Positions 1 through 12,936 of a DNA stretch of 32,545 bases are shown here, piece by piece (positions within the stretch are counted from its first letter, which is position 1; the number at the start of each line of letters is the position of its first letter). The position numbers were made by a program, and so were the translations under genes. The stretch comes from Priapulus caudatus (Eukaryota), in contig NW_014577070.1 in assembly GCF_000485595.1 (NCBI RefSeq), forward strand, positions 107,988 to 140,532, written 5' to 3'. Under the pieces are notes generated by a model, which made no database searches, was not told the origin of the DNA, and saw only the letters and a list, made by a program, of their open reading frames with translations.

Positions 1-208
1 TCTACTACACACATCACCACAGTAGCAGCAGCAGCAGTAGTAGCACCAGTATCAGCAGCAACTACTACACACATCACCACAGTAGCAGCAGCAGCAGTAG
101 TAGCACCAGTATCAGCAGCAACTACTACACACATCACCACAGTAGCAGCAGCAGTAGTAGCACCAGTATCAGCAGCAACTACTACACACATCACCACAGT
201 AGCAGCAG
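1..208. repeat. 60-bp tandem repeat, about 3.5 copies, may continue past the window edge
   Basis: Unit actactacacacatcaccacagtagcagcagcagcagtagtagcaccagtatcagcagca. The third copy lacks one triplet. Confidence 0.95.
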
Positions 209-2918
209 AATCTTGTATCGACGTGTGCCGCATGCATATGGTTATACAGACCTAGACATATGATATGTTGTAAATTAGTTCTAAGCAAATACAGGAAATC
301 TTGATAGTACCCGTGGATGTTGTTGAGTGGTATTTGAGGTATAGAACCGAAGCTGAATTGCAAACTTCGCATATCTACATCCGTGTTTCGCGTTCCGCTG
401 AGAATACAATTTGTAGCATAATTTAAAATGCGTTCCGTAAATTGCATATACGCGAAAATACATTGTTTTAGAGTTGGTATTTGTCGCATGTGAATTTCAT
501 GTGCGCACGTTCGTGCACTGCTCTTTTAGAAGTAATAGGATGCCTCTGTGTCGCAAACGTGCTGAGAAGGGAGGCAGCGTATTTCGAAATGCGAATATTT
601 GAAATGCTCTGCGCGAAATTAATTTGCTACGCCCTTCAATAAATGCATTAATTATTGACATTGTAGCGTTTATTGACAATTAATGCCGCAAATATTCAGC
701 TGTCTGTTCCCAGCTTATTTCCCGTAAATGTTTGCCATCGTTTGAATTGTGCATTTTTTTTTAAATATTTTATTCCGAATTCGATGTAAATGTGGCAGGG
801 ATTATGTAATTGTGGGGATGTGTAATTGCAAAAGTACGAGAACAGTCGAGAAAGCTGTTCGAAATCCTTACGTCAATACGGCACTAGCATGCACGGATCG
901 CCACATCCGGCAATGTGATATAGACTCCATGTGGACACGTTATAGACATAAAAGTAAGGCTTCCTATAGATGAAGACAAATGACGCAGTGGAGCGCACAG
1001 TGGTGCTGCAATCAGACCGCACCTGTTACGATATTGGTGGATAAGTATACGTAATATAGGTTGTCGCTGGATTATTGTGCACGTGTGTATATTCGGCAGG
1101 ACACTGCCATGGTCATGGTGGCAGCTGCGGCTTGTAGACGATATTACATTGCTTTGCCTGCCGAACGGAGTTCATTGTCGGGATTTTCTATATTTTACGT
1201 CTCTCGTTCTCACTCTACCTGTCTCCCTGCTTCTCTTCTCCCCTGCACTTCGCTCATTCTGCCGATCTCTCTATAAATATATAAATAAATAAATTTGTAT
1301 GTTCGTGTGTGCGTTACCGCGACAGATATATATATATATATATACTAGCTACTATCAGAGTGCACTCTGTGATTTTAGCAGGCCGATAGATCTAGAATGA
1401 TGAAGATTACACTGGAGCGCCGGCGATGGGATAATTATATGAGTCAAATAAATCTTAGCTGACACGAAGGCCGCCCATGTATGGTCGTGTTTTGTAACCT
1501 TACAGCGTATCAACTATATTACTATATAGTAGTACCTAACCATCCATATACATACTTCATACATTAACTCCTAATACCCCGAAGCACACACGGACACGAG
1601 CCACCCGAGAGCACGCCAGCAGAGAGACGCAGAGGGCACAGTAGACGCACGAGAGTAGAGATGGCTGAGAGGAGGAGAGGGGAAAGAGAGAGGGGGAGGG
1701 GAGAGAGGGAGAGGGAGCGAGAGGGATATAATTTAATATACATTACACACATCATATCGATATTATTATTAGGTATATATAATATGATATATCATATCAT
1801 ACTATAATACTTATATTACATAATACATATTCAGCGTAGCCCAACGTTGCACTCATGCTGCGTGTTTGTTTCGGAGCATGATGAAGGTGTCATCGAATGC
1901 GCAGCACACGTTCTCGTTGGTTGGCCAGCTCTGATGCCTTCCTCCGTCTTGTACCCTCACGTGACTCAGTCGTGTTTCAGTGTTGAGGATAACAAACCTG
2001 TGTTACTCGATCTATATAGCTCACCAACCTTCTCGTACGTAACGGGCCGCCGCATTGCGAGCTTTGTTCCAACTCGACAAGAAGCTGATGAATCATTTGT
2101 CATCGGTTTTCGTCGTGAGCTTGCTCTTTACACATGATCTCATGTTTACTAGTAACCGTCCATCATGCCGGTCGATTTTTTGATACATTCGTATATGTTT
2201 TGTGCTGGCCAAAAGTTCCATGTACCGACCCAGTTGCTAGTAGAGTAGTCGGTTGTGTCCCTGCGCATGAATTAAAAACCGTGGCTTCGCTAAAGCGCAG
2301 GTAAGTTCTATATCTGCTCGCCTTGAAGCTTTTCCTGTAAACTGGCAACGAGATACATGGCGTGGCAATATCTAGGTTACCCTTTACTGTACCCTTCACC
2401 GATGTGATGTTTGACAAAGGATCGTCTCTTTATTGGTCACCGTCTGCGGAGTCAGACGAAGAGTCATCCAAACTCAGCACCCGAACGAGGTTACACCTCC
2501 TCCCGGGTCCACACCTCCACAGAATTTCCATAGCATCGCCCGTGGGGCTGTGAAGGTGTGATGTTGACGCCGTACGGTACTACTACTACTACCGTCTGCG
2601 CACAAGATACCCGCGAGATGGCTGCTTAGCTGATCATTGCCGGCGCTGTCAGTTGTTCAGCCACTGTTACTGACACGTGCGATGTCCTCTGTCCTGTACG
2701 TCACTCCAGTGCGCGGCTTTCCTTGAGAGGGTATTACCTCGTCGAGGATTTTTCTCGTAGTATTTTGCTCGCTCTTACGAAGTCTCATGCGATCTGAAGA
2801 GAGCTGAAGAGTGGCGAGTGCTGAGGGTCTTTTTTTCATCTTTATCTTCATCTCATCTTCTCATCGTAACGAAGTCGTCTCCCTGGTAACGCGACAGTGA
2901 TTGAAGCGAACTAGCGAT

Positions 2919-2973
2919 TACGCACGCACGCACGCAAGCACGCACGCACGCACGCACGCACGCAAGCACGCAC
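2919..2973. repeat. (GCAC)n microsatellite
   Basis: Read directly from the sequence. Confidence 0.9.
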
Positions 2974-3305
2974 GTTCGGCTGCGTTCGGGGTAATAGGAT
3001 CGAAACATCGTAATGAGCTGAGATGTCCGATCTGTTAGCGTTTAATTGCTGCCGAATCCCCCACACGGCTACGTTAGACCAGTACGGGAAAGCGCAGCGA
3101 GAGAACCTCCGCAAACTGATGCCTTAATCATCTCTACTCTCGAGAAATTACGGAAGAGAGAAGGGCGAGAGTTAGCATTACCCGTCTGCTTCGCGTGCGG
3201 TGTACCATGTACTTACCGTGTACCATGCCTTCGCGGTCTCTCCCCGTGGGTAAATATGGAGTGGGTGAGGGGCACGTGATGTATTTGTGCTTCGTATGTG
3301 CAACA

Positions 3306-3550
3306 TGTTCGGCTTGCATCTATGACAAATACGACATCCGCATATACGCTCTCCTATGACACTATTTGTCATAGGAAGATTGGCGAGTCAACTTCGTTCC
3401 GCTTTACAGCTGAAATAGCGCTCCTACACTCCTATGATGCGCACAACACATACAACAATATTTGTTATAGGAAGAATCTTCCTATGACAAATAGTGTAAT
3501 AGGAGAGCATGTATGCGTATGTCGTATTTGTCATAGATGCTAGCAGAACA
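3306..3550. mobile_element. Foldback or MITE-like inverted repeat
   Basis: About 77-bp arms (3306-3382 and 3474-3550, core GCATCTATGACAAATACGACAT...TTTGTCATAGGAAGATT) around a spacer of about 90 bp. No clear TSD, so the superfamily is unassigned. Confidence 0.65.
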
Positions 3551-6010
3551 GGCTGGTATGTGCGCGTACATCTCCTTCCGACCGCAGTCGCACAAGCAGA
3601 TGCGTGGCGATTGCACGTATCTGCCATATTGCGTGTGTGCGCGCGCACCCGCGGGAAATCTCGCACGCACTATGCGCGCGCCGTTGCTTATAATTGATGC
3701 CGCTTTAATTCGCCGCTGTCGGCGAGCCGTGACGGAAACTCTCCCCCCGGAATTCGGTGCTTGCTGTACTCCCGCGCGAATGACCGAAGCCGTCTATCGC
3801 GATGCTGTCTCTTGGTCTTAACCGGAGATGATTTTTACTCGCGCTGCCAGCGACCGCAGCGCCGCCTTTCCGCTTTTGTCGACGCAGCGACGCGGTCGAA
3901 GTCTAGTCTCGACTGGAGAAATTCATTGCCGGAAAGCTGCGCTGAGGCGTTCCCACTGGACATTCTTCCTGCTCACTTAAGCCAACTCCGATTCTTATTA
4001 CCTGCGGCATCCGGGCACATTTCTACAGATCGAGTATTTCGTTGTCCAACGCAGCAATTTCGTGCGCCTGCTAATATCGTGACCTCCACTCGTAAACTAA
4101 TATATAACGAGAAGTGTCTGGTGTAGAGATGATCTCTATATCATGCACTCCATGTGTAATCTCACCGGTAGACCGTGCCCATGATATTAGATATCGATGT
4201 TATAATTGCTCTAGTTGTGTTATGACGTGTGATTCGGACGCGTCAATTTTAGTAGACGAATATACTCTTGTGATTGCAGTGCTGCGTATGATAAGCCGTT
4301 ATGTCGGATGACATATAATTATAGTAGAGGTTGTGATCATTAGTGGTGCTGGCGTACGTGCTGAACAGGCAGTTATTAGATTGTCGACTGTCTTTGCAGA
4401 ATACACCGCTGATCATGCCCGAATTCTAGCATAATGCTGTATACGTGGGAATAATAATATTGATATTAATCTCCCTGAGTATGATGTTGAAGTGTAGAGG
4501 TTTCGGTTCTTTTCCAATGCGATGCGTTTCGCTACAATTTCATGGACAGATTATTTACTATGTAGTTTCTGCGTCCGCGTTTATTTTAACCAACTCATGC
4601 TATAACAGTGTATTTAGTATGAAAGTATAGTTAGTAAAGAACGCGTCTATACACGATTGTCTCCTAGGATTTCTTAGTATAATGCGAATTCAACAACCAA
4701 ACGGGTCTATGTGTATTACCATCTGTTGTAGTGAGACTTATGTCTAGCATTCACTTGGACTAGCAAAACGACGGGGTTTGAAATTATAAGAGTAACTAAT
4801 GGTGTTCATGTTTCGATCTTAGATATCCCATATGGGCAACATTTCGACATACTTCTTTCGTATAGACAATAGGAAAGCTATGCTGGAATATCGCGATAAA
4901 CTTTCACTTTCGCGCTTGGAATCAGTGGAAGAATACTATGAGAGATATGTAAGTAAGATCAAACTACTCCTACTCCTAAGTAATACTTTAAGTCGGTGTC
5001 AAGCGAAAGTAGGTGTCAAGTTGCGATACAGCTTTGCGCGGGAAGTATTGAACGATACTCTGTAACTCTCCAGGAATGTCTACAGAGATTAGTGTCCATC
5101 ACTCTGCTCAGTGCACGAGACTGCGTCGAGAGTGCAAGAGGCTGCGTCGCACACGACATATACACGTGTATGTGTAACAGGCTGTAGCACCCAGTCGCGA
5201 ACACTAATTAAAACAACAAAACGAAACATAACAAAACGTAATAACGAAAAGTACCAAGCTAAACTGAGCATGCGCAGTCAACCCGTGCTAACTTAGCCCG
5301 GTTCAGCATTTTGTGTCTGTACGCTGCGATTTAGCGAGCGCCTGGCCCGGGCCTGGCCCGGATTAGTGTGATGTAGGATCAGATTTTGCAGTCTGCACGG
5401 GGTATAAGTGACCCCTTGCGAAGCCTTCGTGTTTCAAGGCTGCTAATATTCTCATAAGAGAGAACAAAACACCTGTTGTTTGAGCTCATGAGAGCATGTG
5501 CGGATATTACCATAGGTACACGTACACGTGTATTGTGAATGACCGGAAGAATCAGTAATTGCAATCAGGCAGAGTATAGATGCCTCCGTAATCATCGTAA
5601 CCACTTCTCCCGTGGTGAAACAGATGGCTGTTTATCCTAGAGGACCCGTGCCACTGGCCAGTCGCCTAATGTAATTACATTTACAACTACTGATTACATT
5701 TGCGTTGCGCAACTGCAACCAATGTTGTGTCCCACTCGTAGCCGCTGCTGTTGGCTTGCTCCCGCCGTCTCTTCTACCATATTGCCGCTGTAGTCTCTGA
5801 CCTTTAATCAATTCTTGTAACGGAGGAATCGCTACCTGTTATTAGGCGTAGGTACTAAGGGGAGGGGGGGGGTAAAATTCTGAAAGAGAAATCGTTAGAT
5901 TGCGTTTTTTGTGGCGCCGTGTTTAGCTAGAAGGCCGTTACATATTTCCAATATCACGGCCAGCGTGTGTGTATCCGACAGTTGTATAAACCCAGCTCGG
6001 CGCACGCGAG

Positions 6011-6108
6011 CACAGCTCTGTGTGCACGCATACGAACACAGCTTTGTGTCCACGCATACGAACACAGCTCTGTGTGCACGCATACGAACACATATCTGTG
6101 TGCACGCA
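6011..6108. repeat. 26-bp tandem repeat, about 4 copies
   Basis: Unit cacagctctgtgtgcacgcatacgaa. Confidence 0.9.
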
Positions 6109-6109
6109 C

Positions 6110-6510
6110 AACCCGCCCTCTAGGTTGAGTAATAGGTTGAGTAACGCGTGTATGAGCGCACGACCCGCCCTCTAGGTTGAGTAACGCGTGTATGCGCGCA
6201 CGACCCGCCCTCTAGGTTGAGTAACGCGTGTATGCGCGCACGACCCGCCCTCTAGGTTGAGTAACGCGTGTATGCGCGCACGACCCGCCCTCTAGGTTGA
6301 GTAACGCGTGTATGCGCGCACGAACCGCCCACTAGGTTGAGTAACGCGTGTATGCGCGCACGACCCGCCCCCTAGATTGAGTAGCGCGTGTATGCGCGCC
6401 CCCTACGTTGAGTACTGCGTGTGTGCGCGCCCCCTAGGTTGAATAGTGCATGCGTGTATGCGCGCACATCTCGCCCCCTAGGTTGAGTAGGCTAGCGCGT
6501 GTGTGCGCGT
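6110..6510. repeat. 40-bp minisatellite, about 6 good copies plus degenerate flanking copies
   Basis: Unit cgacccgccctctaggttgagtaacgcgtgtatgcgcgca, in register at 6161, 6201, 6241, 6281, 6321 and 6361. Confidence 0.95.
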
Positions 6511-7584
6511 CGCGATTTAAGTATTCGAATGGTCGACGTCTGCTCCTCATTTCTCATCTTACGCTACTGATTGACTTGACGCGGTGGCTAATTTACCGGC
6601 GCAATGCTCTCTATGCCGCGTGCGCAGCTTCTCTATTTGGCACGCCCCCGCGATCAGCCATCCGAGCTCGGCGATGTCACGACGTAATTGCAAACTGATG
6701 TGGAGGTTGAATTCGGCTCGCGCCCCATGCCATTAAAAACGTCGATGATTTGACAACATAAACTAAGATTGTGATGCAACGTCCGCGAGCCTGCTCAGGA
6801 AGGCACGTTCCGTGTCTCAATCGTACGTGGATTGCATACCCCACGACGTATTCCGTACTGGGAACTGCAACAGCAAACTCGTGCCGAGAACAGCGATGCC
6901 AGGGTCAAGGTCTGGGGTCAAGGTCAGAGTAAGGTCGCCAGCAGGCCATCGCACTGTTTCTTGCGCATTCCGCGCTAGTACCGGATATATAAGTCACACG
7001 GTGCCCCTCCCTCGGGCCGTGATGCCCTCGGCGCATCAGGGCTTTTAAGAGCCATGAAGCACACGTTTTAATGTACGCGCGCCATGAAGCACACGCATGC
7101 ATCACGGAGACGCTGCGTTGCCCTGATGTAAATCACTCGTTCGTGACGAAAACGAACACGACGGGAAGAAAAAAAACAGTGGCGAGTGGCGAGGATGAGC
7201 AGCCAGAGACAGTGACGCAGGGGAGGGCACCGGGGCAGAAGACATCAGTAGCGATGCCGGCGGTGTGTGCAGGCAGAATGCATGGCGGCGGGCGGGCGGG
7301 CTCATCGCTTTGGTGAATCGCCTTTCAGCGGGTGTCGTGTTGCTGTTACTAGTAAAGCGATTAGAGGAAGATTAGTGGGGAAATAAGGAGGCGGCGGGTA
7401 AAGGTTGGTGCGTAATTTCGTCGAGGGACGAGAACATGCGATACTGCGGATGAGCTTATTTTTGTGCCTCTTTACAAATGCGGTCCTAATGGCATGCAGG
7501 TTTTGCGGGTATTTGTTCAACGACGACCGGCTAATCCTTACCACTGCCGGTAGTGTACTACTATTGCCACCAGCAAACACTCTG

Positions 7585-8387
7585 CACCACTAACACCGTC
7601 AACACCGCTACCACCACCACCACCACCACCACCAACACCAACACCACACCACCACCACCACCACCACCACCACCACCACCACCACCGCCGCCACCACCAC
7701 CACAACCACAACCGCAACCGCAACCATCACCACCAACACCAACACCAACACCAACACCAACACCAACACCAACACCAACACCAACACCAACACCACCGCT
7801 ACCACAACCGCAACCACAACCGCAACCATCACCACCAAAGCACCAACACCAACATCAACACCAACACTAACACAACACCGCCACCACGCACACCACACCA
7901 CCACAACAACACCCACCACAAACCACCGAACCACAACGCAACCATCACCACCACCACTAACACCAACACCAACACCACCACCACCAGCACCAACACCACA
8001 CCACAAACACCACCAACACCCACCACAACAACAACCGCAACATTTACCGCCCACGGACCGCCGCCAACAACCACAACCACAACCACAACACAACCACAAC
8101 ACAACCACAACCCAACAAACTACAACCACAAACCACAACCACACACAACCCACAACCACAACCACAACCACAACCACAAGCCACAACCACAACCACAACC
8201 ACAAGCCCAACCACAATCCCAGACTACACCACAACCACAACCACAACCACAACCACACCACAACCACAAACCACAACCACAACACAAACCACACCGCCGC
8301 GCGCCCACCACTACACCAAGCCAGCAACAACAACAACAGCAAACAACGACGACGACATCCGGTTCATCAATCAACAAACATCAACCC
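7585..8387. repeat. C/A-rich simple repeats (CCA)n, (CCAACA)n, (CCACAA)n running into a gap
   Basis: Read directly. These explain the poly-P/T/V/W ORFs. Confidence 0.93.
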
Positions 8388-9127
8388 NNNNNNNNNNNNN
8401 NNNNNNNNNNNNNNNNNNNNNNNNNNNNNNNNNNNNNNNNNNNNNNNNNNNNNNNNNNNNNNNNNNNNNNNNNNNNNNNNNNNNNNNNNNNNNNNNNNNN
8501 NNNNNNNNNNNNNNNNNNNNNNNNNNNNNNNNNNNNNNNNNNNNNNNNNNNNNNNNNNNNNNNNNNNNNNNNNNNNNNNNNNNNNNNNNNNNNNNNNNNN
8601 NNNNNNNNNNNNNNNNNNNNNNNNNNNNNNNNNNNNNNNNNNNNNNNNNNNNNNNNNNNNNNNNNNNNNNNNNNNNNNNNNNNNNNNNNNNNNNNNNNNN
8701 NNNNNNNNNNNNNNNNNNNNNNNNNNNNNNNNNNNNNNNNNNNNNNNNNNNNNNNNNNNNNNNNNNNNNNNNNNNNNNNNNNNNNNNNNNNNNNNNNNNN
8801 NNNNNNNNNNNNNNNNNNNNNNNNNNNNNNNNNNNNNNNNNNNNNNNNNNNNNNNNNNNNNNNNNNNNNNNNNNNNNNNNNNNNNNNNNNNNNNNNNNNN
8901 NNNNNNNNNNNNNNNNNNNNNNNNNNNNNNNNNNNNNNNNNNNNNNNNNNNNNNNNNNNNNNNNNNNNNNNNNNNNNNNNNNNNNNNNNNNNNNNNNNNN
9001 NNNNNNNNNNNNNNNNNNNNNNNNNNNNNNNNNNNNNNNNNNNNNNNNNNNNNNNNNNNNNNNNNNNNNNNNNNNNNNNNNNNNNNNNNNNNNNNNNNNN
9101 NNNNNNNNNNNNNNNNNNNNNNNNNNN
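8388..9127. other. Assembly gap (740 N)
   Basis: Run of N. Confidence 0.99.
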
Positions 9128-9185
<58 letters not shown>

Positions 9186-9215
9186 ATGTATGTATGTATG
9201 TGTGCGTGTGTGTGT
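9128..9215. repeat. (GT)n/(GTAT)n microsatellite
   Basis: Read directly from the sequence. Confidence 0.95.
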
Positions 9216-9408
9216 AATATATATCGATGCTGGCTTCGCTCTCGCCGTAATCGCCTGTAACTATGAAGAGTATCGACCCGTGTACGCGCGTACGTGCGCC
9301 GCCTATAATTTTCGACGTTATCGGCTGCAAGCACGGTCCCCCATACCCCATATCACATGGCCATCGCCGAGAAACAAGGCGTAGTGGGGCGTATATATTG
9401 GATGATAT

Positions 9409-9733
9409 CAAGAGCGTATAAAGAAGGAGAGCATACAACGGTGAAATGCTGAAACCATGTTGCAGTGTTAGTCGAATTAATAAACTTTCCCCGTTAGAGA
9501 CAGTCGCAGTACTGACTGATCTGGAGTCGGTTTTCGGCGAAAATACCGCTTATTATCTCAGTGTAGGGACATCGTAGGGACAAGCGGTTTGTTTTATATT
9601 GCAAGGTAGGACAGCTGATCAATAATACTGCAAAGAATCGTCAAAATAAAACGGGGAAAGTTGATTAATTCGACTAATACTGCAACATGGTTTCAGCATT
9701 TTACCGTTGTACGCTCTCCTTTATACGCCCTTG
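9409..9733. mobile_element. 325-bp MITE with long TIRs, P-element-superfamily-like
   Basis: About 85-bp imperfect TIRs (CAAGAGCGTATAAAG...CTTTCCCCGTT at 9409-9495, reverse copy at 9649-9733). 7-bp TSD ATGATAT at 9402-9408 and 9734-9740. Termini are CA...TG. Confidence 0.82.
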
Positions 9734-10684
9734 ATGATATACATCCCCCCATATGGCAAACGCACCCCCTCAACATTGCGCATGGGCAACAAAAGTCACA
9801 TTCGAGTTATGACGTTCCCTGCTAGATATGCCCATGCGCTATGTAGAATGACTAGGTTTGTCGTAGGGGGACGTACAGCTTGCTAACAAGGGCCGTGGTG
9901 AAGTGTCGACGCATGATATAGACGTGACGGTCGCGCGTTTACTTTTAATTAGCATCGTAAATTAGCCAGCAAATTAAATTTACAACGCGAGCGCCTAAGA
10001 GCAACGATGCGCACTTCTTTAGAAGGTCGAGCGCAGCGTTGTTTCGCGTGGGAAGCGACCTTGAAATGCGATCTTCAGCCTCTTCGTTGCTCTTCACGTT
10101 GTTTACTCAACTAACATTGTCGTTATTGTTTGAAGCGAGATGCATCACCGCTCAGCACTCGCTGGACTCTTTTCATTATTACCCGATCTTCCATCATCCC
10201 ACGGTCCGCACCACTCCCTCGTCAATTTACACGTATTTGTGCTCGGTGATCGCTCCATTCCTCTCACTGATTGCATGCTTTGATCATGCGCGTTCGCCAT
10301 GTTGTTCGCAATATCTGATGGCGAGCGGTATTGAGAGCATCATGCGCGGGACAAACACGGCACCGCGGTCCGCTCGCCGCGCGCCGCTTCCCGGAGAATG
10401 CCGTAAACTAACGACGCTTGCCGACGTCAGTCGCTTCCGGCCGTCGGCGAGCAGATGGGAAAATGCGGCGACGGCGGCCGACAGCCACGCAGCAATATCT
10501 GCACGCATTATGCGTCTGTTGTTCGCGGCTGTCACGCCTACAGTGGGTCGCTCGGTGACGCCCCCCTCCTGCTGGCGTGATGGCGGCCATGATGAGAGAC
10601 GTTAGCGCTGGCGTCGCCACCCCGGTGGCGGGACAGCGTGTAGCTAAGGTGCGGTCACAAATGTGTCGTAAGCCTATGATGATA

Positions 10685-11350
10685 ACCGTATCGTTAGCTT
10701 GTGGCTACAACCTTTCGTTAGCTAGTGATGGTATCCAGCTCGTTAACTTATCTGTACAACGATCGTTAGCTAGCTTTGTAATAACAGCTCCGGCTTAACT
10801 TATCAGCTACAACGCCATCGTTAGCTGGTGATTGTAACCAGCTCGTTCATTATCAGTACACCGGCATAGTTAGTTTTGGGTGATCGTGTAACTCAGTCGT
10901 TAACTTATCTGTTACAACGCATACGTTTAGCTAGTGATAATAACCAGACTCGTTAACTTAATCAGCTACAACCGTCGTTAGCTAGTGATGGTATCCAGCT
11001 CGTTTAACTTATCAGTACAGCGAATCGTAGCCTAGTGATTTAACCAGTCGTTCACTTATCAGTACAAACCGCCCATCCGTTAGCTAGTGAGTAGTATACC
11101 AGCTCGTTAACTTATCCATTACAACCGCATCGTTAGCTAGTGATATGTAACCATGCTCGTTAACTTATCAGCTACAACCGCATCGTTTAGCTGTGAGGTG
11201 ACTATAATCAGCGCCCTCTAACTTATCCAGTACACCGCAATCGTTAGCTAGTGACAATAACCAGCTCGTTCACTTAATCAGTACAACGTCATCGTTAGCT
11301 AGTGACAATAACAGCTGGTAACTTATCAGTATACCGGCATCATTAGCTCG
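10685..11350. repeat. About 50-bp minisatellite, about 13 indel-rich copies
   Basis: Approximate consensus atcgttagctagtgataataaccagctcgttaacttatcagtacaacgc. Confidence 0.9.
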
Positions 11351-11989
11351 TTTCATTGCTTGTCAGTTGTCTGCTCGACATGCCGCGCGTGGAGTGTGTG
11401 TGAGGAGCAGCATACTCAATAAGTACACTGAAACAGCTGTTAAAACACAGATCATCGCTCTGTTGCAGTGCGGTGCCAGCATACCTCTTTGCGTGTATCA
11501 TCGATGCAGTCTCTTATTGCCTCACACGACGAGATTAAGGAACATTGACGTGGCACTCTCTCCGCATCGATTAGTTTTCTGTTGATGCATCAAAAATACC
11601 GCAACGCCATGATGATCAAGTGCTGACGACGACGATGCGACATGACGTCTATCAGATCAGCGCATCGATTACTGAGATCAGTAAGCCGGTATCGATCTCT
11701 CAATCGTTGTGGCGACAGGTAGCAAGACATATACCAGTGCGCGTTTTGCGCTAGCTATGCGGAGAGCAGCTGGTTGGCCTGTGGTGGCAGCCGAGCAGGT
11801 ATTGCTGCGGGCTTGGATCGCCTTTCCAAGCTAGTTCAGCGTTACGCTGTTAAATGGTTTTTTTGTTTTTTTGCAATTAATATTGTTGAATTATGGAAGC
11901 TGCTTGCGTTCGAGCGGAGGGGCTATCGATTGCCACGCAGTGAGAAAAAAGTCGTTATAACATATAATCTGCTGTTTAGATTTCGCCGT

Positions 11990-12134
11990 GTTATGCGGTG
12001 TGTGTGTGTGTGCTTGTGCGTGTGTCTGTGGCGTGCGTTGCGTGCGTGCCGTGCGATGCGTACGTGCGGTGTGTGTTTTGTGTAGTCGTCGTCGCTGGTG
12101 TAATGTGTGCATGCGTGTGGCTGCATGTTGTGTG

Positions 12135-12173
<39 letters not shown>

Positions 12174-12280
12174 TGTGTGTGTTGTTGGCGTGGGTGTGTG
12201 GTGTCTTGTGTGTGTGTATGTATGTGTGCGTGTGTGTGTGCGTGTGCGCGTGCGCGCGCGTATGTGCGTGCGTGTGTGAA
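11990..12280. repeat. Degenerate (GT)n/(GCGT)n low-complexity tract
   Basis: Read directly from the sequence. Confidence 0.9.
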
Positions 12281-12379
12281 ACATGAGTTAGTTTTCTTTT
12301 CTTATTTAGTTGTAATTCTGCTTCTCACAATCCTCGACGTTCTCCTCCATTGCCGTTTATGCGTTTTATTTATCTGTTG

Positions 12380-12667
12380 CGTCTTTTTTTTCTTTATCCT
12401 TTTCTTCTTTTTCTTCTTCTTCCTCTTCTTCTTCATCCTCTTCTGCCGCTTCTTTTTCTTCTTCCTCCTCCGCCTCCTCCTTATACTCCCCCTCCTTCTC
12501 CTCCTCTTCCGCCTCCTTCTCATCCTCCTCCTTCTCCTCTTCTTCTTTGTCGTCGTTTCCTCCCTCTTCTCCTCTTTCTTTGTCTTTTTTATCTACAACT
12601 TCTTTTTTCGCTTCTTTCTATTTTCTTCTGTTTAAAATTCTTCGTTTCCTTTCATTCGTTTTCTTCT
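12380..12667. repeat. Polypyrimidine (TTC/CTC)n low-complexity tract
   Basis: Read directly from the sequence. Confidence 0.9.
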
Positions 12668-12936
12668 AGACATTTATCACTCTATTCTCCACTGTCGTTA
12701 ATTTCAATACGTTGTGCCCAGAGGAGCGCCGCGCTGCATATATGCAAGACGCAAATGCATAAATTATTAAAGTATGACATTTCTGCATGTAATTTAACCC
12801 ATCAATACAATTGCTTCGGCGACATTAATAAAACATGTCGGCTTGACCCGCGACAGCTAAGGTTAAACTTTTCTTATAGTGAGATTTTTGCCGTCGCACA
12901 CATCTGCAGGTTATCTGTGTATTTGTTACAGGTTTA

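Noticed and set aside
1847..2880. Complex sequence with several short ORFs as a decayed gene or transposon
   Set aside because: I could not recognise any domain motif in the frames I read. A BLASTX or Dfam search would be needed.
4866..4954. Exon-like segment ending in a consensus GTAAGT donor (MLEYRDKLSLSRLESVEEYYERY)
   Set aside because: No recognisable homology. Isolated donor matches are expected by chance in 32 kb.
5260..5380. Palindrome-rich segment (GGCCCGGGCC...AGTGTGATGTAGGAT) resembling one end of a MITE
   Set aside because: I found no matching opposite TIR or TSD.
6110..6510. 40-bp repeat as a CRISPR array
   Set aside because: Units are head-to-tail with no unique spacers, the context is eukaryotic and there are no cas genes.
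7553..8377. Pro/Thr-rich (mucin or extensin-like) and Val/Trp-rich ORFs
   Set aside because: They are translations of CCA/CAA simple repeats next to a gap, with no supported splice structure.
8371..9438. Longest ORFs in the track (355 and 317 aa)
   Set aside because: They are open only because they run through 740 N.
10039..10620. GC-rich 188-aa ORF
   Set aside because: No recognisable domain, non-ATG start, and overlapping ORFs on both strands as is typical of GC-rich non-coding DNA.
10685..11350. About 50-bp repeat with variable units as a CRISPR-like or diversifying array
   Set aside because: Variation is scattered single-base indels across the whole unit, as expected from noisy reads, not discrete spacers.
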